Source of the DNA: Octopus bimaculoides
Taxonomy: Eukaryota
NCBI RefSeq assembly: GCF_001194135.2
Contig: NC_068983.1
Span: 65,418,608-65,482,607, forward strand
Direction: 5' to 3'
DNA length: 64,000 nt
Positions 1-12,767 of the stretch are shown piece by piece (the first letter of the stretch is position 1; each line of letters opens with the position of its first letter). The notes beneath the pieces are model-generated. The model was given only the letters and a program-made list of their open reading frames with translations. It was not told where the DNA came from and ran no database searches. A program made the translations under genes and the position numbers.

Positions 1-881
1 CTATCTTGTTCTTGTATTCATATATATATGCTTTCTTATTCAGGTTTTATATGTAACCGTACGATTCATCGCTTTATGTTCCTAACGAGAAGTTGGACGA
101 AGCAAACTATATTTCGACGGGCAGAAAATATTAAGCTTTGATTTTCTTTAATGCTTGTGTTTGTAATTAAAGTTTGTTACCGCACATAATTGCAATCGTC
201 ATAAAAGTAGACAAAGGTATGTTATCGTAAACAAACCCATATCGTTCTAGACATATAACGGTGAAGTCACGGATTTAAAAAGAGAAATGTTTCATCTACA
301 TCTGAACAGCATTATTCTGTTTTAGTAGGAATAGTGGAAAACGAAATATATAAAATCTTAGATAATCGGATTTTTGTGCTATACAGTTCACACTTATGCA
401 ACAATTCACAATATGGAAAAACAACAACAATGTTCATATCTGTATCGCGAGGATATAATAAATGTTGAATAATCCTTCTTGATCATATCATTTCATGTAT
501 TGTTTTGTTTACAACAAAAATATTGCAGGAAAAAATCATTGACATATTCTTATCGAAACATAAAATTTTGCAGAATCCAAGCCTCTAGATAAGATTAGAC
601 CTGCTCATCATTTCTAACTTAAGAATCCACATGAATACTGATCAAATACGTAGCGACATATTGATAGACGCAATATATCGGTGTGAAAATGGAAGTTATG
701 ATAATTTTAACGTACGTTCTTGTCATATTATATATTAATTTATACATATCAAATTTCTTGGATATCTATAGAAGTATATTTCCTAAATATATGTGCAATT
801 TATACTCCCTGAAAATATGACACAGCAGTTCTGTCGCTGTGTGACGCAGTGCACACTTGGTCTGTAGTAATTTCAAAACTG

Positions 882-1763
882 TATGTGGTCTTATCAATAA
901 GTATCCTGATTATTGTCTTAATAATGAAACTAAAGCACGCAGAGTAAAGCCGCTTGGCACAGATTGACCAGAAACACAGTTAAGGCATACGCACTTACTT
1001 TTAACGTTCAAACTCGCTCCCGCTGTTTACAGCAGTGCGGGGAAGAAACTTCTGTAGCGTGTGATCGTCGATTTGATCATGACAGAATGTTTTCATGGCA
1101 ACACCTGCTCAGAGGCCTACACAAAGTTGCAGAAAGTGTATGGAGAGGAGTGTATAAGCTGCACACAAGTGTATGAGTGGTTCAGACGTTTCCAAGATGG
1201 TCGAAAAAATGTCGATATTGACGAACTTTCTGGGAGGCCTGCGACCAGCAGAACTGAGAAAAACATCACACATATGCGTGTAGCTGTGAGAGGAAATCGT
1301 TGAATCATAATCTGCGAGTTATCAGAGGATGTGCAGATTAGGTACAGTTCATGTCAGCCCATTATTACAGAATATTTTCATATGAGACGCATGTCTGCCA
1401 AGTTTGTACCAAACCTGCATTCAGTTGACAAAAAGACTCTCGGATTTCAGTTGCACAAGATCTACTTGATTCTGTCAAGAAAGATTAAATCTCCTTGGAA
1501 AGTTTCCGTAGGAATCTGAGCAGGAATCACAAAGATTTGGCAAAATTTCATCAGGTTCTCTTCTCAACTGTCTCTGTCAATGCGACGATAATACGCTAGG
1601 TACCTTCCTTCCAAGCACTGCTGTAAACATGGGAAGTGAGTTAGCACGTTAAAACTTAGTGCGCAAGCACGGCAATGTTGAAGGTCAATCTGTGCATTTC
1701 CTCTGCGTGTTTTAGCTCCGTTACTATGGCAACAGTCCGGATACTTATCGATAAGACTACGTA
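882..1763 (+). mobile_element. Mariner-derived fold-back element: 5' half of a decayed transposase plus an inverted second 5' end
   Basis: TIR-like TATGTGGTCTTATCAATAAGTATCC at 882 and inverted AGTCCGGATACTTATCGATAAGACTACGTA ending 1763, TA at both ends. ORF 1061-1303 has mariner HTH sequence (QVYEWFRRFQDGRKNVDIDELSGRPATS); RRMSAKFVP follows at ~1385. Confidence 0.85.
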
Positions 1764-1836
1764 TATGTTCTGCTTTCTTTTTTAAACTACAAATGCGTTG
1801 CACAATTGGAAATCAAATAACCAAAGCTCTTCTACG

Positions 1837-1883
<47 letters not shown>

Positions 1884-1899
1884 ATATATTTCACTTTTT

Positions 1900-2095
1900 T
1901 TTATTAGTTTCAGTTATTTGACTGCGGTCATGCTGGAGCATCGACTTTAGTCAAACAGATCGACCCTTGGACTTATTCTTTGCAAGTCTAGTACTATTCT
2001 ATCGGTCTCTTTTTGTCGAACTACTAGATTACGGGGACGTAAACACACCAACATCGGATGTCAAGCGATGGTGGTGGGACAAACACAGACACATA
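1900..2095 (-). mobile_element. SINE family A, 3' half
   Basis: ACGGGGACGTAAACACACC..CATCGG..GTCAAGCGATGGTG block shared with ~7620, ~17640 and ~24740; GCTCCAGCATGACCGCAGTCAAATAACTGAAAC tail on the minus strand. Confidence 0.75.
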
Positions 2096-3247
2096 AACAT
2101 ATATATATGTAAAAGAGTAAGAAAGTAATTCATTGTTTTACACACAAACATATGAATATGATAGTTATACATACATGCGTATGCACGCGCAATGATCCCC
2201 ATACATTTGAATACACACGTGAAATGAATTACCTTCTCACATTTCTCACAAACATATGTACACCCAACCTATTACCCTACCAACTCACATCTAAACACAT
2301 CCACAGTGAAGCACTCATAATACAATATGACAAATATGTATATGGAACAGACATATCGGAATGGCAATATCAATTATCACTAAAGTCTGTAATGTAATTG
2401 ACCTTATTTTTACTTCGAATAAGCGTAATATATGGAGAAGTCAAACCAAAAATGTTATGTATTATATTCATAACTATCAGCTAATGTGCAAAATTTGAAT
2501 AAGAACGGTAGACCGATGTCTACCATATCACCTCATGCATAAAACATGTGCAGAGTTGCACTTCCCTAAAGCACTAAATGTTACACTGAAGTTAGCATTA
2601 AATATAACCTAAAACCATTTTCCATAAATGAAACCAAGAAAAGCATCATCATATTATCTAGTCTGCAATTGCGTTCCATTTTAATCGAACATAATAATTT
2701 CCTGAATTCAGTAGTTCGGCATTTCCCTATTAATCTCTCTTGCATCATAATATTTAGCTGCATTTGTAGCACCAGTATTACAATTTGAGTTACAATAAAT
2801 GTAAGAAATGTAGCTGAGATAAATTACGTATATAGTTATGAATACTGCGTGAATCATTAAAGACTGAATCCTTTTTTTTTTCTGATGCAGTAGTTAACTA
2901 CTGAATATCAAACCAAGACAGCGTGATTGTATATTACAGCGGTATGGAGAAATTTGAAGTGAAATGAAGATATGTCAACTGTAATCTACATCCAGGCCTT
3001 AATTAGAACGTAAGGATATCCAGTTACGACTGGACATTAAGCAAACACGGTAATGCATTTCCCATAAAATAGTAGCTCATCGAAAAACGCAAACTGTACA
3101 CAAAACATTAACAGAATAAGACCAAGCGTACTTATGTAGAGGAAAGAATGCACATTCATTAAGAAATAGCATTTTCAGATGACATTTATTCAGTGAGTGC
3201 AAACAATATTTACTGACATCTTCGAAAGATGTTCTACCACTAGCCTG

Positions 3248-3284
<37 letters not shown>

Positions 3285-3422
3285 TTTGCATATGTCCCTT
3301 CTTTTTCGGTGTATACCGTGTTCGCTTTTTTTTATTATTTCATTATATGTAAATCCCTACACTTTATGATTGTTTCTGTATTGTCCTCCTCATCCTTCAC
3401 CCTTGTGGCAAATAAATGAAAT

Positions 3423-3423
<1 letters not shown>

Positions 3424-3483
<60 letters not shown>
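3424..3483. repeat. (ACT)n microsatellite
   Basis: Perfect trinucleotide run. Confidence 0.95.
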
Positions 3484-6112
3484 GCCGTTATTATTTGATT
3501 CAAAGAAAAAAAACCAAAGTTTGCCACGGCTCGAAGAAATTTTAATCGATTAGAGTGAACATACTACATATTTTTAATGCTCTTGTTTTATGTGTTTCGC
3601 GAAAGGAAAGAATGCAAAGGTAATCTAGCAAAAATACAGACAGCCAATGCAAATGGAAATACGAAGGGAATGTACGTTCTCTGCATTGGTTTTCAACTTC
3701 CATGCCAGTCGGCCTCTCTCGTATAAGTGTTAGAGTGTGTTTACTTGTGTGAGCGTGTCTGCATTAGTATCTCTGTGTGTATGTGTGTGTGTGTGTGCGT
3801 GTGTTTGTGTGTGTGTGTGTGCGTGTGTTTATGTGTTGTGCAATGGGTGTGGTTACTGATGGTTTACATGTAAGACAATAACCCATAATGTTTATAAACT
3901 ACGCCCCGTGCCATTCTCACTTAATGTTGATAACAGATTTGCTGAGAAACTTTACATAAAGATTTATCATATTGATTTCCCATTTGAGAAGGAAGTTTTA
4001 CTTACAAATTTTGCCTGATTTCCCATTTTGAATACCATTAGTAAATAAACAAACAACCTATATTTATGGATATATGTAAATGTAATGTTTGTGAGTATCT
4101 GTTATTGCATGTTGAATTTTTTTCGATAGTTAATTCGTTATTGTTGTCGTTTCATGTCATGGTAGTTCTTGTGAAAACCTTTGTGATTATCGGTATTGTA
4201 AATAAATTCTTGAATATCAATACGTTCTTCTAAAGTTGGTGTTATTTTGAATATATCGGATATGATGGCCACTTATTTTTCTAAATAGAAAAGAGCAACC
4301 GACTTAAAGGAGAAATATTTTTACTAGACAATAACAAACAGCGAGATATGTCTGAGTGTAAGCTGGAAAATGGCCACATATACACATGCCGATATGTGTG
4401 CGTGTGTGTATGTGTATGATGCGCGCATGGGTGGGTGCGTGTTTGTGTGTGAATACACACATATACATATATGCAAATGTTTGTTTTCTATGTTCAGCCA
4501 TAATAAAAACAAATTTATATTAATTTGATGGGTTGTTCTATACTTTTAAAGAGTATAACTTTATTATTCTTCAACAAGAAGTGACTTCGAAGTTTCAGTC
4601 AGTTAAGTCATTGTCGGACTACGATGCATTGAATTTAATCTTGGCTTTATACAGTCTCTGTTGAGTTGCAATCTTGGTGATGTGGCTTTGAGTAGAATGG
4701 TAATTAGGTTTCTGGGTTGGGTGGTGTGGAGAGTTGTTTTGAATAAATTTGTATTAATTATATCTGGGGTTATTTTCTCCCAAATGAGAACAAATATAAA
4801 GAATAATACGCTTATATTACTCTTTAGAATTTATTCATGTATATAGAATTCTTTTATCAGGTAAATTATTATTTTATGTCACGTTTAGTAGGTACCTATA
4901 GGATATCCCATAGATTATGCTATTTTCGGTTTTACTAGAATTAATCCTTTGCATTGACAATGTAAAGGTCAGGTGTTCCAGATGAGTCCAATAAGTAAAA
5001 ACTTAGAAATAGGATGTGAGAACATTTTTGTCAGGGATTTTTTTAGGGGTTCACAAACGATGTAAGCAGGTGGAATGTTTTAGCTGGTCAGTTTATCTTG
5101 TGGTTTGATGCTTACAAGTGGATGTGTGTGGCTGTGTTTTTCTTAAGGTGTTTATTAATTTATAAGCAATTTGATTAATGTGTAGAAATGTTAACTCTTT
5201 GGTCTTATGTAAGTAACGTTTGAAAGATATGTGTTTATAAATATTTCTTCAATTCTGTTTTACATGTGTGTATTTTATAATATCTGATTTTCGGCCTACG
5301 GATATATGCAAAACTTCTGTGTGTATATATTCATATATAACAATGAGAATGAAAAGATTTTTACTTAACAAAACGATGTAAAGAATAAAAATATTAAATT
5401 TTTTTTTAATTTAAAAAATAAAAAATTAAAAGCATATTCCAAAATTGTTTCCATAAAAAATATATATATATGTATGTTTGTGTATGTCAGCTTGTGTGCC
5501 TATATGAAAAAATATTTTGTGGGGATTTTGCTTGGAGATAAAGAATCTTTTGAGTGGTTTTTACAGTACGTGTATAGTGCAAAATTGTCAAAGTGGTTTT
5601 ATGTTTATTATGGTGATAGTTTATGGTGTGGACGGAGGGAAGGGAGTTAATAAAATATTTACATATTTAGCCATTACAAAGCGTTGTTGCTTGGAAATGT
5701 CTTAGTGTTTTCTATGATTTTCTTCTGCATCAAAGGACTCATTAAGAGTTTCCCGGTCAGAATTTGGTCTGTGCCTGTGACATTGTACTAAAATTCATTA
5801 GTACGAGTTGGCAGGATCTACTGTTCCTTCGGTATGCTTGTGTGTGTTAGAGTATCTTCTAATTGACGCTACGTGGAGTATTTTTCATTTTTACGTCTTC
5901 ATATTTTCGAATACGACATTAATGTTGTTGTAGAAGTGTTTTTTGCAATATTTTCAAAAGCAGTTTAGATATTTTACACGAGACTACTATGTTAAAGCGG
6001 GGTTTAACCAGATGACTTTTCTCGTTCTATTCTCATGCATTGTATTTACTATGGAAGGACGGTTCTTTATCTATTTTACCTTTCATTTGAAAGCGCTGTT
6101 ATATGTAGTTTC

Positions 6113-7344
6113 TACACAAGTTGGCTGAAACGTTCATAAGATAATTACGAAGGAGTGATGCTACAGCTGTGAACTCTCAAATACATTCATTTCAAATCTA
6201 CTCATTAATAACTGCATTGTTTCCAGGTAGAATGACGTATGACAGTTCAAAGAAGCCTTCAAAAACAAAATTGGAGTGACAAAATTTGGTAGCGTGGTGC
6301 AATTAAGTACCTGCAGAAAAATGGTTTAGCTCAGAAGCAGATACATACTGACAGGTTTGTTCAATTAGGGGGCGACGCTTCAGCTTCAAGAATGATGTAA
6401 TAGTGGGAAACTGAATTTCGAAGGGGAAGGGAAAGTCTTGAAAATGATAAATGTGTAAACATCCTGAACAGCTATCGCCGAGGAAAATACTGATTGCGCT
6501 CATCTTTTCGTAATGAATGACAGGCGACTGGCGATATTTTAAATGGCAAAAGCTATTAGAATATCCAACGAGACAGCTGAGAATATTTTGTACAATAAAG
6601 CTAGCATGAAGTTGGTTACTGCTCAGTGGTTGCTACGTCTTCTGACACTGATCAAAAGTGCAACAGACTGATCACATCACGAGAGAATTTGACATTGTTT
6701 CAGGAAGATCCAGCTCGTTTCCTTCAATGCCTCATAACCCAAGATATGTGTCACCTACGTTACTTTGAACAAGAGAAAGAAACAATACATGTATTGAAAA
6801 CAGACGACCAATGTCATTTCATCTGCAGGGCAAATGCTGGTCTCAATTTTTCAGATGCAAAAGGCATTGTGTTCATTCACTATCCTCAAAAGCGTCACAC
6901 CATCAAAGGACAGGACTATGACAACTTGCTGAGGCATTTACAAGAGGCTATGAAGAACAAAAACTCATGGAAATAGACGAAAGGAGCCTTCTTTCATCAG
7001 GAAAATACTCCACCACATAGTTCCTTGATTTCAATGGTTGTTGTACGTGACTATGGCTTTGAATTGGTTGATGAGCCTGCCTATTCTCCTGCTTTTGCCC
7101 TATCTAAAAATCATGTGTCCCCCTAATATGGAAAGATACTTGATTGGGAACCAGTATCACAGTGAGGATGACGTCTTATCTACTGTTGATAAAAACATCT
7201 TCACCAATCCGATCCACGTACTGTAACACCGATGAACGACGTGTGAGAACAGCAAGGAAGACTATGTTAAAAAAATAAATTTCATTTGGTCACGTTCCAT
7301 CAGTGTACATTTTCAGACTATGCATCTTTCAGCCGACCCTGGTA
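6113..7344 (+). mobile_element. Full-length decayed mariner transposon
   Basis: Degenerate TIRs TACACAAGTTGGCTGAAACGTTCATA (6113) and TGCATCTTTCAGCCGACCCTGGTA (ends 7344). Fragments: MNDRRLAI, AQWLLRLLT, DQKCNRLITSRENL, ITQD, FFHQENTPPH, EPAYSPAFALS (decayed WVPRLL, TQDE, HQDNAPAH, YSPDLAPSD), with stops and frameshifts. Confidence 0.9.
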
Positions 7345-7584
7345 TTTCGTTTGTGGAGATGAAAAGTGAAAAATATTGTTTACTAGAGTTTTGATAATGT
7401 TTTGCGGGTAAATTGATTGTTTATGTATATAATGAATTTATGTGTTTTAGTTATTGTAATGGATTCCATGCCGAGGGTAACGTATAGGGGCTTAACTTAA
7501 GTTTCTACTGTAATAGACAAGCCTATGTTTTGGAAGACATCTCTATTATCTTCCTAAATTGATCAGTTTTTGTAGGATGTAGTT

Positions 7585-7984
7585 TGTTAGTAGACCGAAA
7601 TCCCTGTCGAGCAGCTAAGCTACGGGGACGTAAACACACCAGCATCGGTTGTCAAGCGATGGTGCGGGGGGACAAGCACACACAAACTCATACACACACA
7701 CGGGCGTGCACACACGCGCGCACACACGCGCGCACACGCACACACATATATCTGTATGTATGTATATATATNNNNNNNNNNNNNNNNNNNNNNNNNNNNN
7801 NNNNNNNNNNNNNNNNNNNNNNNNNNNNNNNNNNNNNNNNNNNNNNNNNNNNNNNNNNNNNNNNNNNNNNNNNNNNNNNNNNNNNNNNNNNNNNNNNNNN
7901 NNNNNNNNNNNNNNNNNNNNNNNNNNNNNNNNNNNNNNNNNNNNNNNNNNNNNNNNNNNNNNNNNNNNNNNNNNNNNNNNNNNN

Positions 7985-8027
<43 letters not shown>

Positions 8028-8177
8028 GGCTTCCTTTCACTTTCTGGTCTACCAAATCCACTCACAAGGCTTTGGGTGGCCCGAGGCATTTGCACTAGGT
8101 GCCAGGCAGTGGGACTGAACCCGGAACCATGTCGTTGGTAAGCAAGCTGCTTACCACGCAACCACTTCTGCGCCCTA
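7585..8177 (-). mobile_element. SINE family A: tRNA-derived head, internal microsatellite/gap, 3' half
   Basis: Minus-strand head with A-box-like TGGTTGCGTGG and B-box-like GGTTCAGTCC (8020-8177), then (GA)/(TA)/(CA) tract with N gap, then the 3' block seen at 1900-2095. Confidence 0.8.
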
Positions 8178-8955
8178 TTTAGTGTTTTCTGTAAAGTGAC
8201 TCCAAGGAATATTTGATACTAGATGCAATGCTACAAATCTTATTCATATAGTATATGTTATATAGGATACATATTATGAACGAAATATATCACATACAAG
8301 CCGTCGTCTATAATACAACATTGCAAAAAAAAATGTCTTCAAAGTTTACAGCACTGAAATGTCTAGACATTCATCACATAGACTTATGTACATTCATAAA
8401 AAAAACTAAGTAGTAGATAAATTAATATAGGACATCTCATACCCTAAAACCAAGGATAAAAATGTTGTAATAATACGTATTATTTTAGAAACAGATATTT
8501 CATTGTTTCTGAAGATTTTTTAAAAATATATTTTCTGTTACATAAATAATGTTATTGCTTATTATATTGCACGTTTTGATAATTTTTCTTTCAGAAGTGA
8601 CACGCGCTGATAAGCTACAATATATTACAATTGTATTTGTAAAGATCATAACACATGGTCGAGTCGTCGGCGACTAAACTGGCAACTCCACCGGACTTGT
8701 TTGGTGAGGTGGGTGCTTGTTGAATACCCTGTGGGACAAAAAGTAACAGCTATCAAATGTTGGAGGAGCTACAAAGTAGTCAATGGCCATACAACTAAGT
8801 GTGTTTGTGGAGTGTTTGTGTGTGTATTGTATATATTGCATTTTAAGCTGTGTATGTATGGTAAATACTGTATTTCAGCATGTGTATGTACATTAATTTT
8901 TATCCCAATTTTTAATTTGTATTTATTTCTCTTATTTTAATTTTTTTTCTAATAG

Positions 8956-11900
8956 TAGAGGGGTGGATAGAGCTCCTCTGTTTACCCAAGCCATGGAGAA
9001 GGCAGTCTATCTAGGAGAAAGTAACTCTAAATTAGCCTTTGGTTAGGCAAAGACTGGGAGAAGGACACTGATATAAAACTTGTGACTGCAAATGCACCCA
9101 ATGATGTCACCTTGCTCTTCTATTTGGATCATACTTTCTACTTTAGAGAGCGGGGATGCTTGCTGTGCAAAACTTTTCCTCAGTTTAAAAAGTGTCAAGC
9201 ACAGGTATTGCTGGAGAGGAAAAAGAAATGGACATTTTGTATGTACATGGCTGGCTGAAGCTTAAAAAGGCAAACTANNNNNNNNNNCATGGCTGGCTGA
9301 AGCTTAAAAAGGCAAACTAAACAATGGAAGTTCATATCGATAATGAAGTAAATGACAAAAAGGACTCTGAAACATTTTGTTCTGTGGTCTGGCCCAGCAG
9401 GTGTCTCAAGACACGACAGCCTGGATCCGGTCGTTATCCTGCAACTGGGAGAAAATTCAAGTTCAGATGCAAACCTATGAATATAGGATGTTGGAATGTT
9501 CGAATGTTATTAGATCGTCTGAAATCTCGTCCAGAGAGAAGATCCACGCTTGTTGCAAAAGAGTTACAGCAATATCATATGGATGTTGTAACGTTAGCCG
9601 AAAGAAGAATTCATCGAAAAGGGGATTTCGTTGAGAAATCTGCTGGATAGCATTTCTTTTGTAGCGGTAGAGAGGAGACCTACAAGGGAGAATCAGGAGT
9701 GGGATTTGCAGTCAAAACCACTCTCGCTTCAAAACTTAAGGAACTATTATGTGCTCATTCGGATCGTTTAATGTTTTTAAGGCTGCCATTAAGAAAAGGT
9801 CGCTATGCAACACTCATAAGTGCATATGCTCCAACTATGAATTCATCAGAGGATGATAAACTTGCCTTCTATCTATCACTTTTAGAGATTATACACAATA
9901 TCCCCCATGAGGAAATAGTTGTCATTTTGAGTGATTTTAATGCTCGTGTTGGTGCAGATTGAGAGACTCGGGGTGTCCTAGGAAAGCGTAGGATTAGGAG
10001 TTACAACAGTAATGCTTTGCTATTGTTACAAATGTGTGTTGAAATGGATTTGTGTGTCATGAATACAATGTTCGACTAAAGAAGTATAAACCGACATGGA
10101 TTCACCCTGGTTCTAAGAAATGGCAAATTATAGTTTACATCCTCACTAGTAAACGAGATACTAAGGACTTTGCTATTGTACAAGTGATGCGTGGTGCAGT
10201 GTGCTGGACTGATCATAGGCTTTTGAGTACCAAGGTGAATTTTGTTGTCAGGCCTAAGGTTAGAGCAAATAATGTTAAATTACCTAAACGGATTGATGTG
10301 AATAAACTTAAGATTCGTTCAGTACGCAGTGAGTTTGTGAGTGAGATAAATAATTTATCCTGTGATGGAAGCTAGAAGTCATTCAAAGAAAGAGTGTAGG
10401 AGATTTGTAGTAACATTCGTGGCTTTGTTGTAAAATCATCAAGATTGGTTTGACGATAATGTTGAAGTTAATTTTATCTTTGAGGACAAGCGAAAGACAT
10501 CTAACATGTTACAAAATGTTCACATGTCAACGAGCAGGACAGTGGCTACATATTTCAAGGCTGTAAAAGAAACAGCGCAGAGGAAACTACGGATGATGCA
10601 GGAAAATTGGTGGAGTGATAGATGCGATGAAATCCACGAAGCTTCAAATGCTAACAACTCCAAACATTTTTTTACTCTCTCTTGAAAAAAGTTTATGGAC
10701 CAATTTCATCAATGGTTGCACCACTTCGGAGCAAGGATGGCACAGAATTATCAACAAATCCTAAAGATATTGTTGGGAGATGGAAAATACATTTTGATGA
10801 GTTGCTCAATTGACCCACAGAAGTTTACCTCTCTTTTCTTGATAATATACTCGGGAGACCAATAAAACATCTTATACCAGAAGTTCCAAACCTAGCTGAA
10901 ATAGACGCAGCAATTAGGAAATTCAACAATGGAAAGGCTCCTGGCATGGATGGACTAGGAGCAGAGATATATAAATATGCTGGTGATTATCTTTGTGCAA
11001 TGTTAATGGATGTAATTCAGAGGGTTTGGCAAAGTGAAGAGGTTCCTCCGGATTGACGTGATGCAACTATGGAGATGCTATATAACTCTAAAGTTGAAAA
11101 GGATGTCTGTGATAATAATCGCAGCATCTGTCTGTTAGCTGCTGGTGGAAAGGTCCTCTGGAAGGTAATGCTGGATAGATTACTTATGCACATTGCTGAT
11201 GATGTTCTACGAGAATCGCAATGTGGATATGATATTTTCGGCTAGACAGTTACAAGAAAGTGCATCGAACAAGATATGGACTTATACCAGGTTCTCATTG
11301 ATCTAACAAAAGCGTTTGATTCTATCAATAGAATTGTCAGTTTGGGAGATCCTAAAAAAGCTAGGATACCCTGAAAAAATTGTGAGAATGCTTAGACAAT
11401 ATCAGGACAAGGTGGAAGTTAAAGGTAATGAATGTTGAGGTACCTTATCAGATCCAATTTCCGTAGAAAATTGTGTAAAGCAAGGTAGTATTCTTGCTCC
11501 TACACTGTTTGCTATATATTTCACAATAGACTTTCAAATAGCTTTTAAAGATTGTCCTGAAGATATAAGACAACAGGAAAACTGTTCAGTCTCAGAAGAC
11601 GCTGTGCCAAAACGAAAGTTCTGAATTCTCACCCAGTTCAGTTTCTGTATGCACATTCTCCGAATGATATGCAGCACATGGTGAATGCGATTTCTGCAGC
11701 AGGTGCAGCATTGGGTCTGACAATCAATCTAAAACAAAGCTGTAATAATGTACCAGCCAGCTCCCTCCAAGATGCATGTGGAAACTTTTATAACTGTGAA
11801 TGGTCAAAGGTTGGAGACTGTACCTAGATTTACTTATTTTGGAAGTACCTTGAGCACTGCTGTTCTTGATGATGAAATTTCATAGAGAATCGGCAGGGCT

Positions 11901-12767
11901 AGTAATGCTTTTGGTAGACTTGATAGGCATCTGTGGAAACAGCATAATATATCTTCACAAATTAAAGTTAAGGTATATAACACATGCCCCTTCCCATTTT
12001 GCTATATGGAAGTGAGGCAAGGGTTGTTTACCGTAGGCAGGTATTGCAATTGGAACGATTTCATCAATACTGACTGAGAAAAATTTTGGAATAAACTGGA
12101 AAATGGCCATTGGTAATGTGGAAGTGTTTCAGAGGAGTGGCAGTAGAAGGAAAGAGTTAATGATTTTGCAAAGACGTCTGAGGTGGGGGACATTTGATAA
12201 GGTTGAGTGATGAGCGACTGCCCAAGAAGCTATTGGATGGTGAGCTGGACGATGTCAGGAGGCAAGGGCATAAGCCTAAACTAAGGAGTGGAAGGCACAA
12301 GACCGTGATGGATGGAGGAAGATATTGCATGATGGTTGTTCAAGGTTTGAGAGGAAGACAGTGAAGTATAAGAGAATTAGAAGGGGGAACCTGTGGAAAG
12401 TGAGAGGGTGTTGTTTTTTAAGTGTGTGGTTTGAGGGCGGAAGTGTTTAAGTCGTGCAGGTCTGGTGAACATTAAAGATTCTCATAGAAATCACCCCATG
12501 ATAAACAATGATGTGGCTATTAAGATTCATAACAACGTGTGTAAAATGTTGAAGGGTGTGCCTCACAGTTGGAGGTCTAAAAATACATGTTAAGAGAGTG
12601 CATATGGTTTCTCCTGCCAACAAGCAGAGTTGTCTAGTATGTAATAAAATGTGTAAAATTTGGCCGGGCTTAAATGTCATTTAAAGACATCACATGGCAA
12701 CAATCATGAATCATTTCAGTAAGTTTTCTAGGCAATGGCTTTTCTAGTATAACGAAGATGCAGCTGT
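8956..12767 (+). mobile_element. Near full-length, degenerate RTE-clade LINE (APE endonuclease, RT, C-terminal C2H2 fingers)
   Basis: From 9477: MNIGCWNVRML, PERRSTLVAKEL, SGVGFAVK, ISAYAPT, SDFNARVG, WTDHRL (endonuclease). GKAPGMDG, DNYRSICLL, DLTKAFDSINR, VKQGSILAPTLFAIYF, FTYFGSTLS, RIGRASNAFGRL (RT). Many stops and frameshifts. Confidence 0.93.

Noticed and set aside
3166-3200. TTTCAG/ATGACATTTATTCA/GTGAGT as a 14-nt microexon
   Set aside because: Such motifs arise by chance in 64 kb of AT-rich DNA; no supporting exons.
9246-9319. 32-bp direct repeat in the RTE 5' region
   Set aside because: The copies flank a 10-N gap; typical unmerged contig overlap.
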